This document shows positions 1-11,422 of a stretch of 64,000 nucleotides of DNA, in pieces. The notes under the pieces are model-generated. The model made no database searches. It saw nothing but the letters and a program-made list of their open reading frames with translations, and was not told where the DNA came from. Source of the DNA: Macrostomum lignano (Eukaryota). The first letter of the stretch is position 1. The number at the start of each line of letters is the position of its first letter. Where the stretch lies: contig NIVC01002363.1 in assembly GCA_002269645.1 (NCBI GenBank), positions 1-64,000 on the forward strand, written 5' to 3'. Position numbers and translations under genes: made by a program.

Positions 1-406
1 CGCATCCCACAATGCTGTCGTCAGATCACAAACGGTTCGTAGGTTTCTTGGATTTTTAAAAGTTTGGTGCTCCACATAGGCTCTGAGCTCCTTGAGGCTC
101 TAATACTCTTTCGACAATCCGATTTTATAAGCTTCCTGGATAGCTTTGGACCCTTGGATGCCATTGGATATCGGATATCTAACTATCACGGGCTTTCCTG
201 AAATATCTCTTGATCCTGACGTCCCTAGATCCTGAATTTCTCTTGATCCTGAATAACTCTAGATACCAAATCTCTCTCGATCCTAAATTTCAGTGAATCG
301 CGCCATTTCTGATATTTAATACATTTTAAAACATGTATGTTCTTAGATCTTAAACGCGTAAAGATCGACTAGTTGCATCGGGATGTCTCCTAAATTTGGC
401 ACTTAC

Positions 407-3400
407 GCCACTTGCAGCCGGAGTGACCAGCTCCTTTGTATCCGTCGCCAATGGACCCGTGTGGACAAGCGGCAGGAAATGCTGCGTTAGCCAAATCGCT
501 GCAAACTGACGTTGGATCGCACTGCAGCTCTTCAGATAGGAGCAGCCGGACTCGCCAGTGCTTGCGTTGGCATAGTTTGGCGCAATAAACGGTACGGAGC
601 AGGTTTTACCGTCGCCAACGTAGGGCGACACGCAGGCGCACTGGTAGCTTCCGGGTAGGTTGCGGCAAATTGCGTTGGCGCTGCACGGCGAGACGGTGGC
701 CGAGCATTCGTCTACGTCGCTGCAGTTGTAGCCGTTGCCTTGGTAACCAGACTGACAGCGGCACTGATAACCGCCAGTGTGTTGACGCACACGGCTTTGG
801 CGTGACAGGCGTGATTGCCTCTGGCAGATGGGTTTAGGGGTTTTTTCAGTTAAATTCGACTGGAAGATGAAAAATAAACAAAAGATGACAATAGCGAAAT
901 GCGATAGTAAGTAAGAAGTAGCAGTAAAATAAACTTCTGAATGTCCAGGGGGAAAATGAACACAGAATCAGGACACAAATGGAGAAGGACGTAGAGACGG
1001 ACGTTGAGACGGACGTGGAGACGGACTTAGAGACGGACGTGGAGACGGACGTGGAGACGGACTTAGAGACGGACGTGGAGACGGACGTGGAGACGGACGT
1101 GGAGACGGACGTGGAGATGGACTTGGAGACGGACTTAGTGACGGATGTGGAGACAAAAAGACTAACGCTAAAATCCAAAAAAGGCTAACTGTAAAAATGA
1201 AAAGCCGAAAAATGATGTTGCAGAAAAAGACGAAGAAAACATTGAGCGGACAGAAATCGCATCATTGGCCTCTCACTTGGCACACTCGTCAATATCCTCG
1301 CAGGCGGGCCCGGCGAAGCCTTCGGCACAGTCGCAGAAGGCGGCGCCATCCGCAGCTGCACGCATTTGGTGTTGTTTTTGCACGCGTTGCCAACCGAGTC
1401 AATTCCGCGAGCGCCGTTGCACACGTGCTTCTTAGCGCAGGCCTGCGAGTACCAAACCTGGCCCTTGGCCTTGTAGAAACCGCCGGCTTCGTCTCGTTTG
1501 GCCGCTGTGCAGCCGCATTGGTTGGCTCGGACGCAGACGTTGCCGCTTCGACGGTAGCTCGGCTGGCAATGGCAGGCTGGCTGACGACGCTGCACGCCGC
1601 AGTGGGAGCCGGTGCCGATGCCCTGGTTGATGTTCGGACAGTCGTTCGGCTCGCAGGGTCGTGCGTCGACTACCAACTGTTCGTTGGCCTGACAGGTGGA
1701 AGTCTCTGAATGGAGCGGTTCGAGTCGAGTTTTGAGTCACAGCGTGCGTCATGTGTCAACACATCGACTTTAATTTTGTCATCCTGAATGTAAACACTGA
1801 ATACCAAATTAGCACCCTGATTTATTCAGGCTGGATGCCAATTAATTTGAATTCCATATTTTCTGATGCTTAAAACTCAGAAACCGATTCAAGGCTATAA
1901 CCACTTTGGAAATACCTTATAAATATAAATAAACCGCTAAATAAAATCTTACAAGCCTTCTGTAACATCCAGCCGAACATATCATTAACATAATCTATTA
2001 AACGTTATAACCGCACTACTGTCTCAAGTAGAAAGTGTAACATTTATTTGCACTGCTTACCCTGGCACAGTCCGGGCGGGAACAGCTGGGCGGAGCTGAG
2101 CAGGCCGCGGGCGCTGAGCACCTTGTAGAATGCTGTAGTCAGCTGGCACAGCTGCAGGTTGTCGAAGGGAGCGGCCATGTCGCTGTGGCAGGCGTCGTTA
2201 AAGACTCCGCGAAGCGTCGCGTCAGCCAGGTAAGTTGAGAACGCGTAGTTGGACAGAATAGCATTGCAGACGACCATCACGGAGGCTGAGGAGACGCTGC
2301 TGCTTTCGACTGGGCGGGAAATTTCCTCCTTTTTGCAGCTGCAATTCAGGCGGGGGGATAAAGAGCTGTTGTTGTTGGTGATAATAATGTAGCTCGTAAG
2401 ATGTTGGTAAATGTGAGAATTATTGGGCGTGGTCAGGAAGGTGGCAAGGTGGGCTGTGCCCCACCCCCCAATAAAGTGAAAAATGATATTTCGCTTCTTG
2501 CAGGATCTTTAACGCCCCTGGTACTAGCGCCCCTGGTGCTGGCGCCCCTGGTGCTGGCGCCCCTGGTGCTGGCGCCCCTGGTGCTGGCGCCCCTGGTGCT
2601 GGCGCCCCTGGTGCTGGCGCCCCTGGTGCTGGCGCCCCTGGTGCTGGCGCCCCTGGTGCTGGCGCCCCTGGTGCTGGCGCCCCTGGTGCTGGCGCCCCTG
2701 GTGCTGGCGCCCCTGGTGCTGGCGCCCCTGGTGCTGGCGCCCCTGGTGCTGGCGCCCCTGGTGCTGGCGCCCCTGGTGCTGGCGCCCCTGGTGCTGGCGC
2801 CCCTGGTGCTGGCGCCCCTGGTGCTGGCGCCCCTGGTGCTGGCGCCCTGGTGCTGGCGCCCCTGGTGCTGGCGCCCCTGGTGCTAAAGCCCCTGGTGCTA
2901 AAGCCCCTGGTGCTAAAGCCCCTGGTGCTGGCGCCCCTGGTGCTAAAGCCCCTGGTGCTAAAGCCCCTGGTGCTAAAGCCCTGGTGCTGGCGCCCCTGGT
3001 GCTAAAGCCCCTGGTGCTAAAGCCCCTGGTGCTAAAGCCCCTGGTGCTAAAGCCCCTGGTGCTAAAGCCCCTGGTGCTAAAGCCCCTGTTGCTAAAGCTC
3101 CTGGTGCTAAAGCCTCTGCTGGCGCTGGCACCAACCTTTTAAATACCTCAGGCGGCAGTTGACTGACAACAAAGTATTATATAATCATGCATTAGTAAAA
3201 TTTAGGTCAGAAAAAATAAGTTTATAAAACCCTTAATCACTTTTTGTAGCGTATTGACTACTACTAAAACGATTTTCTAAATACACTTAGCGTCAAGTTC
3301 AGCTTACTTGGAATTGGACTGATTAGCAGCCATCCAGGAGGCGTACACCGCCGCCTTATCCGAGCTCGTCGTGTTGGCGCCTTTCGGCGTGAAATCGTTC

Positions 3401-6400
3401 GCCTGATGGCCGTCGGAGTTGCCGCAGAGGCCGCACGGTTCAATGCCGGCCAGCTGGGGGGAGATCACGGTTGCCAGGTAGCGGCGCATGTCGTAGGAGA
3501 CTTCCAAGCCGTAGTCCGTAGTGATTACGATGTCGTTCCACATGTAGGTGATGGCCACAGAGCTGTTCGGATGGCCGGCCAAATTGCCAGAGTAGGTGTT
3601 GAGGCTGGGCGTGATGGGCATTCCATTTACCTGGAATAATTAATTGTTTGTGAAGAAGGTTAGTATTTTGTCTCTAGGGCTGTTCGCCAGATTCTATCCC
3701 AAAGGCACAGAGTGAGTACAGGCCCTACGATAAGAAATGAAGTGCCGCTGTACACCATGTGCAAGTGTATGCCTGATTTTAAGCATCCGTGTGCGCTTAT
3801 GCGTCTTCAGGTGTCAGCGAAATGGGCACGTCTTGTTTCCTCCTCACTGACTGCGGGTCGACTATCAGTTGGAAAAGCTCCCCGCGAACAATCAAGCTAT
3901 TTAGTTGTCAAGCAGTTACTATGCCATTACGAAACTGTGACATCTTGTCCGGAAGCACGAGAATTTCCCGTAGGAGATTAGGCCGCAGTGCAAATCCCCC
4001 TCAATGCTTAATTAAGTCTTAATAAAGAGATTTACCTGATCAAAACTTTTTGATGGTAACTGTATATCAAATGCATACCTGTGGGTTTTGATTTTTATAT
4101 AGATGCAGGGCTACATCAGTGAGCTAATAATTAATTCATATGCCATGCTGCTTTGTCCCCTAAATCTCTTATTAAAGACTTACTTAGCATTAGGGGCGGG
4201 GTAATGCAGACAAAATCTGCCGTATGATTAAATGCACTGCAGGAGAAAAGAATTGCGGGCAAATTGCACTGCCGCAAATCTCGACGGGCAATTCGTCTGC
4301 GGGCAATTCTCATGGACTCATCTTGTCCTGTGTCCTTGCGTTGCAGCACTGGTTGCATTTTTACTACTAAGCAATAAAACACAGGTTTTGAAACGGTTCT
4401 TGATTTTGTTATTTTCAGGTGTGGAGTTCTGCATGGAATGCTAAGTGGTCTAACACCTGTAAAGAGTTGCCGTTGCACTCACTGTAACTCCGTGCTCATT
4501 GTGCGCCATGATGGTGAGGTCGTACACCCGAACAAGAACGCCGGCAACAAAGACTTTGGCACCGCCGATCAGATCTTGTTGAATATCGACGCTGAAGGCG
4601 TACTTGCTTCCAGCGGTGGCGTTGCAGTTGGCGGCCAGCTGGAAGTCGCAGCGCGAGCCGCCAACCTGATGCGCTCCGTCGAAGGTTACCACGTGGACGT
4701 TGCCGAATGCGCTGCAGGCGGCTCCGGTGCGACAGTTGAAGCCGTCGCCAAAGTAGCCGGTTTTGCACTGGCATTTGTAACTTCCGGGCGTGTTGATGCA
4801 CTGGGCGTTCGGGTCGCAATTGTGCAGCTTCAGGGCGCACTCGTCGATGTCTGGAAATGAGTCAATTACAGGATGCTCAGCTACCTTAAGACATGATCTT
4901 TTAAACAACTTTTCAGTCACTCTGTTATCTATTTAAAGATGCCGGACCTCTATAAATGGCGAAATTGATAACTTGTTGGGCTAGTCGACTAGAAACGCCG
5001 AGACATCCAATCCGTCGAAGTAATCATCCCGTGTTTTTTAATTCAAACTCAACGCTGGTGCTTAAGTTGGTAAATAATATTTATATAATACAATCTGAGG
5101 ACTTCTAAGATGTCTTCAGTTTTAAGTTATTGCATACATGCTATTATTTGACATCACTTACCAGCTGGGCAGAGGTACGACACTTCGTAGTCGCTGCAAC
5201 CGGCGGCTTTGTTCTGCGACTTGTCGCACACGATGCCCTCTCGAGAGCAGGGGGTGGAGAAGTTCTGGCCAGTGGCTGAGGCTGACAGGCCGGTGCCGGC
5301 TACTCGGCATTTCCAGTCGATTGGAGAGTTGCAGATTTCACTGCATACCTACAATGGGACGGTATGGATCAGTGTGTCTGTCCGTCTGTGCTGTGTCTGT
5401 CCGTCTGTGCTGTGTCTGTCCGTCTGTGTTAGTGTCTGTCCGTCTGTGCTGTGTCTGTCCGTCTGTGCTGTGTCTGTCCGTCTGTGTTAGTGTCTGTCCG
5501 TCTGTGTTAGTGTCTGTCCGTCTGTGCTGTGTCTGTCCGTCTGTGCTGTGTCTGTCCGTCTGTGTTAGTGTCTGTCCGTCTGTGTTAGTGTCTGTCCGTC
5601 TGTGCTGTGTCTGTCCGTCTGTGTTAGTGTCTGTCCGTCTGTGCTGTGTCTGTCTGTCCGTCTGTGTTAGTGTCTGTCCGTCTGTGCTGTGTCTGTCCGT
5701 CTGTGTTAGTGTCTGTCCGTCTGTGCTGTGTCTGTCTGTCCGTCTGTGCTAGTGTCTGTCCCTCTGTGTTAGTTTCTGTCCGTCTGTGCTAGTGGCTGTC
5801 CCTCAGTGTTAGTGTCTGTCCGTCTGTGCTGTGTCTGTCCGTCTGTGCTAGTTTCTGTCCGTCTGTGCTAGTGGCTGTCCCTCTGTGCTAGTGTCTGTCC
5901 GTCTGTGCTAGTGTCTGTCCGTCTGTGCTAGTGGCTGTCCCTCTGTGCTAGTGTCTGTCCCTCTGTGCTAGTTTCTGTCCGTCTGTGCTAGTGTCTGTCC
6001 CTCTGTGCTAGTGTCTGTCCCTCTGTGCTAGTGTCTGTCCGTCTGTGCTAGTGTCTGTCCGTCTGTGCTGTGTCTGTCCGTCTGTGCTAGTGTCTGTCCA
6101 TCTGTGCTGTGTCTGTCCGTCTGTGCTAGTGTCTGTCCCTCTGTGCTAGTTTCTGTCCGTCTGTGCTAGTGTCTGTCCGTCCGTGTGTGCTAGTTTCTGT
6201 CCGTCCGTCTGTGCTAGTGTCTGTCCGTCCGTCTGTGTTAGTGTCTGTCCGTCTGTGTTAGTGTCTGTCCGTCTGTGCTGTGTCTGTCCGTCTGTGCTAG
6301 TGTCTGTCCCTCTGTGCTAGTGTCTGTCCGTCTGTGCTGTGTCTGTCCCTCTGTGCTAGTGTCTGTCTGTCTGTGTTAGTGTCTGTCCGTCTGTGCTAGT

Positions 6401-8080
6401 GTCTGTCCCTCTGTGCTAGTGGCTGTCCCTCTGTGTTAGTGTCTGTCCGTCTGTGCTAGTGGCTGTCCCTCTGTGCTAGTGTCTGTCCGTCTGTCTGTGT
6501 TAGTGTCTGTCCCTGTGCTAGTGTCTGTCCGTCTGTGCTAGTGTCTGTCCCTCTGTGCTAGTTTCTGTCCCTCTGTGCTAGTGTCTGTCCCTCTGTGCTA
6601 GTGTCTGTCCCTCTGTGCTAGTGTCTGTCCGTCTGTGCTGTGTCTGTCCCTCTGTGCTAGTGTCTGTCCCTCTGTGCTAGTGTCTGTCCGTCTGTGCTAG
6701 TGTCTGTCCGTCTGTGTTAGTGTCTGTCCGTCCGTCTGTGCTAGTGTCTGTCCGTCCATCTGTGCTAGTTTCTGTCCGTCTGTGCTAGTGTCTGTCCGTC
6801 CGTGTTAGTGTCTGTCCCTCTGTGCTGTGTCTGTCCGTCTGTGCTAGTTTCTGTCCCTCTGTGCTAGTGGCTGTCCCTCTGTGTTAGTGTCTGTCCGTCT
6901 GTGCTGTGTCTGTCCTCTGTGCTAGTGTCTGTCCGTCTGTGCTGTGTCTGTCCCTCTGTGCTAGTGTCTGTCTGTCTGTGTTAGTGTCTGTCCGTCTGTG
7001 CTAGTGTCTGTCCCTCTGTGCTAGTGGCTGTCCCTCTGTGTTAGTGTCTGTCCGTCTGTGCTAGTGGCTGTCCCTCTGTGCTAGTGTCTGTCCGTCTGTC
7101 TGTGTTAGTGTCTGTCCCTGTGCTAGTGTCTGTCCCTCTGTGCTAGTTTCTGTCCCTCTGTGCTAGTGTCTGTCCCTCTGTGCTAGTGTCTGTCCGTCTG
7201 TGCTATTGTCTGTCCGTCTGTCTGTGTTAGTGTCTGTCCCTCTGTGCTAGTGTCTGTCCGTCTGTTTTAGTGTCTTCCGTCGTTGCTAGTGTCTGTCCGT
7301 CTGTGTTACTTTCTGTCCCTGTGCTGTGTCTGTCCCTCTGTGCTAGTTTCTGTCCGTCTGTGTTAGTGTCTGTCCCTCTGTGCTAGTGTCTGTCCGTCTG
7401 TTTTAGTGTCTTCCGTCGTTGCTAGTGTCTGTCCGTCTGTGTTACTTTCTGTCCCTGTGCTGTGTCTGTCCCTCTGTGCTAGTTTCTGTCCGTCTGTTTT
7501 AGTGTCTGTCCTTCTGTGCTAGTGTCTGTCCGTCCGTTTTAGTGTCTGTCCCTCTGTGCTAGTGTCTGTCCCTCTGTGCTAGTGTCTGTCCGTCTGTGCT
7601 AGTGTCTGTCCGTGTGTCTTAGTGTCTGTCCGTCTGTGGGAGTGCCCTTTGTCTTTATGAGTGTCCTTCGTCTTTATGAGTGTCTGTCCGTCTGTGATGG
7701 TGTCTGTCCGTCTGTGATGGTGTCTGTCCGTCTGTGATGGTGTAGTTTCGTCTGTGCTAGTGTTTGTCCGTGTGTCTTAGTGTCTGTCCGTTTGTGTGAG
7801 AGTCCTTCGTCTGTATGAGTGGCTGTCCGTCTGTGATGGTGCCCGTCCGTCTGTGTGAGTGTCTGTCTGTCTGTTTAGTATCTGTTTCTCTGTGCCTGTC
7901 AGTTTATCCATCTGTCTATTCCAGCGTGTCTGTCTTTAGCAGGAGATTACCAAACAACCAAAAGGCCCAAGCTTACCACTCGAGCAAAGTTGATGTTCTC
8001 ATTGTCACCATCGCTTGGGTCCCTGTCCGAGTTGCAGTAGGCGGTCCATTTTGATTTTGGCGCAATCAAGTCACGCGCAC
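407..8080 (-). CDS. Partial multi-exon mucin/zonadhesin-like extracellular protein (WxxW - EGF_CA - vWD - C8 - TIL - EGF repeats); 5' start unresolved, continues off the window's left edge
   Basis: GT-AG exons with compatible phases: 8080-7977 (KWTAYCNSDRDPSDGDNE), 5348-5162 (CNSPIDWKCR...CSDYEVSYLCP; WxxW domain), 4850-4483 (DIDEC..EGF + vWD start CSAFGNVHVVTFDG), 3630-3308 (vWD end CGLCGNSDG), 2338-2061 (C8-like), 1705-1277 (TIL + EGF), 820-407 (EGF_CA repeats). The last two exons need frameshift correction. Confidence 0.85.
990..1154. repeat. 12-bp minisatellite (GAGACGGACGTG)n in an intron
   Basis: Direct tandem repeats; accounts for the spurious ETDV/SPRP ORFs. Confidence 0.9.
2512..3115. 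repeat. 15-bp minisatellite (GCGCCCCTGGTGCTG)n, ~40 units, switching to an AAGCCCCTGGTGCTA variant in the right part
   Basis: Direct tandem repeats inside intron 2339-3307; accounts for the LAPLV ORF. Confidence 0.95.
5372..7870. repeat. 19/20-bp minisatellite (GTGTCTGTCCGTCTGTGCTA)n, ~2.5 kb, filling an intron that splits the WxxW domain
   Basis: Direct tandem repeats with variants, degenerating toward 7600-7900. Confidence 0.95.
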
Positions 8081-9432
8081 CTGTACAATGAAAATAATAA
8101 AAATGTGTGACAGTAAGTGCGTGAAGGCTATGACATAGGACCATGCAGTGTACTGATCTAGCGCAAAGTGGGCCATGGGAGAATATTGGAGGCTGGGAAT
8201 TTTGCTCAGCGAGCCACTCAGCGATTGCAAGATCCAGTCGAAGTCCATCGGAAGCAGAACGGAGCCTGAAATTTGAAACCGGGGTGTTCAACTTAGGAGC
8301 CGAAAATTTCCTCGTCACTGTCTGCATGGTGAATTAAGTTGGTTGAGACACTGGCGCAGAAGTTATAATGCTGGAGAGGATTGGTAGCAGAAGGTTGCGC
8401 AGGATAAAATCCCTAACTTTTGACGTGTCCCGCCCACCTCCGCTGCTGACTCGCCGGCCCTCGCTCCCAGATTGCATGCTGAGCTCAGCAACTTGCAGCT
8501 CAGGCAGAATCCACCGTCTTAGCTGCACGTGTTGCACCGTCTTTAATCCTAACTGATCCTCGACTGCGTTCTCCCGTGCACCTGTTGCAGCTGAGTATTT
8601 TGCCTTTCAAGGATTTCTCCTCTATAAGAAACATCGACTCCTAAGCGGATTAGACAGAATGAAAGAAGTAGAAGATTAATCAACTGCTGTGCTACCGAGT
8701 GCAGAATAGGCTTTAAAGTCTGATTGGTATGCCAAGAACGGCGCCACTGTCGCCGGGTCCGCAACTACGCAATTTTTTCTTTTTTCTATTTTTGTTAGGA
8801 TAAATCCTCGCGCTAAGAAAAGAATTGTAAATTGATTTAGCGAGATTAATAATAACGTTTGAGTAGAGGAAAATTGAATCCCAAAAAAGTTTTTCCTTAA
8901 GATTTTCGCAAATGCACCTTGACATTCTGGCATACTTTTTGAGTGTGTGCACTTTAGAATGAAATGTGTTTGGCAGGTTTTTTTGGTCTTTCAGAAGATG
9001 ACGGCCTCAATTTATCAGTTGTCGGCATTTAATTTGGGACTGGTTTGGGATTTGACTTTGCATCGAATACTACTGACACAGCTACAGTTAAGTAATGAGT
9101 TATCATATTTTGACTGATGCAAATTAGAAAGATTTCTACCCTTGCGCGGCCATTATAGCTTGTACTGCAGAGTAAATGCACAATGCTCGTCAGTAGTAAG
9201 CAAAATGAACAGTGTGTCGAGATGAAATTCCTTCACTTTATATTTTTTAATATTTCAATTCTTCTTAGCGCGAGTGCCTGCTCACAAAAATGAAGATCTC
9301 TCAATGAACGCGCACACTTTGTGCAAGAAGAGCTAGATGCATACAGATGGTAACAAACTGTACAAAAGACTAGGCAAAGCATCGAAAAGCAGACACACAC
9401 AAACTGCATTCCCACTTGATTTGGTTTCACAG

Positions 9433-10663
9433 AAGCTCTTCACACGGCACTAAAAGGCAATGGAAAGAGGCTTGGTACTCCATCGATCTAGAAGCCAAGG
9501 GATCAATCAACGCGGAAGATTTGGCGGTCTATATGCGCAAGAATAACTACGAAGAAGCGTTTGTGAAGGTGCGGTGCAACTATAATGAGACGTGAAATTG
9601 CATTTTTGAAGTATTCAATACTAAGCACTTGGTCTTCTGTTGCTTTACAGAAATGGATGGCCATATTTGATCAGGACAATTCGGGTACTATTGAACTCGA
9701 AGAGTACTGCGAAGTTCTGGGACTCAATGAGAAGGAAATGTGCGTTAAAAGATTGTGACCTCGAGGCTTTTTGAGCTAATTCTCTTTTTGTCTTGTTTGA
9801 GAAACATTTAATGAAATTTTAAATATAGATAAACTACATCATCCCGGTCCCGGGAGAGGTTGGTCTCTGACCACGAGATCCCGATTGAGGTTGGTGCCTA
9901 ACCACAAGGTCCCGATTGAGGTTGCTGCCTGACCACAAGGTCCCAATTGAGGTTTGTGCCTGACCACAAGGGTGCTCAGTCATGTGATGCCTCGACAATC
10001 CACAAAAATCGCTTGATGATGTTGCTCATTCAAAAGCCACTCATTGACGTACATTGCTCTGGACAGGAATCGAATAAAAATTAGTTCGGGCTCTATTTAA
10101 TCGGGATGGTCGTCTGAACAAATAAAAATGTTAAAAGTAGAATTTTGCTGGCGCATACATGTATAACGTACATATGATGCTCTCATTACATGTATACTAC
10201 ATTAAATACGCTTATAATAACATATAATAAGAACTAGCACGTTGTCGCATTAATTTGGCTATATGAAACAGGATGGAAGAGACTCGTCTTCGAGCCAAGG
10301 CAACCGGCATGCCTGAAGGTGTGGAGTACATTGCTGGCGACATGTCGGAGGAGCGACAGATCGATATTGCCAGGCTCTGCATTGAAGCGTTGGAGAAGCA
10401 CTCTAGCTTGAAGGTAGGAAAATGGAAACACACAAGGAAGAAGATTAGATCACACAAAAAACTCTGAAATCGAGAAACTTTCTGCATTGCAGGAAGTCCC
10501 AAAGTGGGTGAAGCTCGAGGCTGACAAGCAATTCGATCGAGTCTGGCACGTGTTAGTTATTCGCGGCCAGTTCTGGTGCTACTTTGGTTTCGAGCCTGAA
10601 ACCTCGTACGTGTTTAGGTACAAGAGGAACGTGTTCATCATCTGGAAGACGCCGAGAAATTAG
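9433..10663 (+). CDS. Tegumental-allergen-like (TAL) protein: two EF-hands plus a C-terminal dynein light chain-like domain; start codon not located
   Basis: Exons ~9433-9568 (WKEAWYSIDLEAKGSINAEDLAVYM), 9651-9739 (KWMAIFDQDNSGTIELEEYCEVLG; canonical EF loop), 10272-10413 (GDMSEERQIDIARLC), 10493-10663 (KQFDRVWHVLVIRGQFWCYFGFEPETSYVFRYKRNVFIIWKTPRN*). Splice phases 0/2/0 are consistent. Architecture matches the Sm22.6/Sm20.8 family. Confidence 0.9.
9856..9970. repeat. ~31-bp tandem repeat x~4 in TAL intron 2
   Basis: GAGGTTGGTGCCTGACCACAAGGTCCCGATT-like units. Confidence 0.7.
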
Positions 10664-11422
10664 GTTTAAAGAAAGTTTCTGCCCACATAAAGAAGCTAAA
10701 AAACGCACTTATTATTATTATCAAATCTTGGAACTACTATTGGTTTTGTTTATTTAGCACCACTTTTGAAGTCAAGTTGGCTAGAAAATTGAGCAAATCT
10801 TGATTTTTTCATACTCCAAACACAGGAGTTTGAAGTTTTAAACTCTCCCTTCGTCATTTTTGTTTTATTGAAAATTCAGTTTAATGCTTGGTTTGATTAG
10901 CTCCAAAGGCTAGTCCAAGGCTTGTGTGAACGTAGTTCACGCACTAGAAAAATAAACGAGCGAACAGAGGAGTGTATTAAGCCACACAAAAAGATCTTAG
11001 CTGGCATAAAAAGATCTGGAAAATAACACGCGCAACTATTAACAGTAGGATAGCTGTGACAAGAGTGAATGCTTTATTGCGCTTAGGGTGAAAGTTGATA
11101 AGGTCAAAATAGTACATCTTGGAAACAATATCCACTAGATTTAACAGATATCTCGTAAAAATTAGTCGATAATAATTTAGGAAAGAAGTTTAACTTAGTC
11201 TTAAATTTTAATGAACGGAAGATTTGACAATCTAGTTGTGGACTAGGAATACAGTGGGTTAGTTAAACTATCATTTACCAAAAAAACAACTCGAGCGGAT
11301 AGGTCGGTCCAAGAACAATAAACGATTCGATGGAAGAGAAAAAAAGCACCTTTCTTCCAAATCAAAACAATCAGCAAGTGTCAAGAAAAGCTGTCAGTTC
11401 CCGATTGAAGCAGATCCTAAAT

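Noticed and set aside
846-1188. ETDV / SPRP / STSV repeat ORFs
   Set aside because: Translations of a 12-bp intronic minisatellite of the minus-strand gene.
2401-2886. LAPLV-repeat ORF
   Set aside because: A 15-bp satellite in an intron; the frame is broken by a 14-bp unit.
8334-8764. First exon or signal peptide of the mucin-like gene
   Set aside because: GC-rich and exon-like, but I could not find a frame with a signal peptide and a compatible phase-1 donor; left unresolved.
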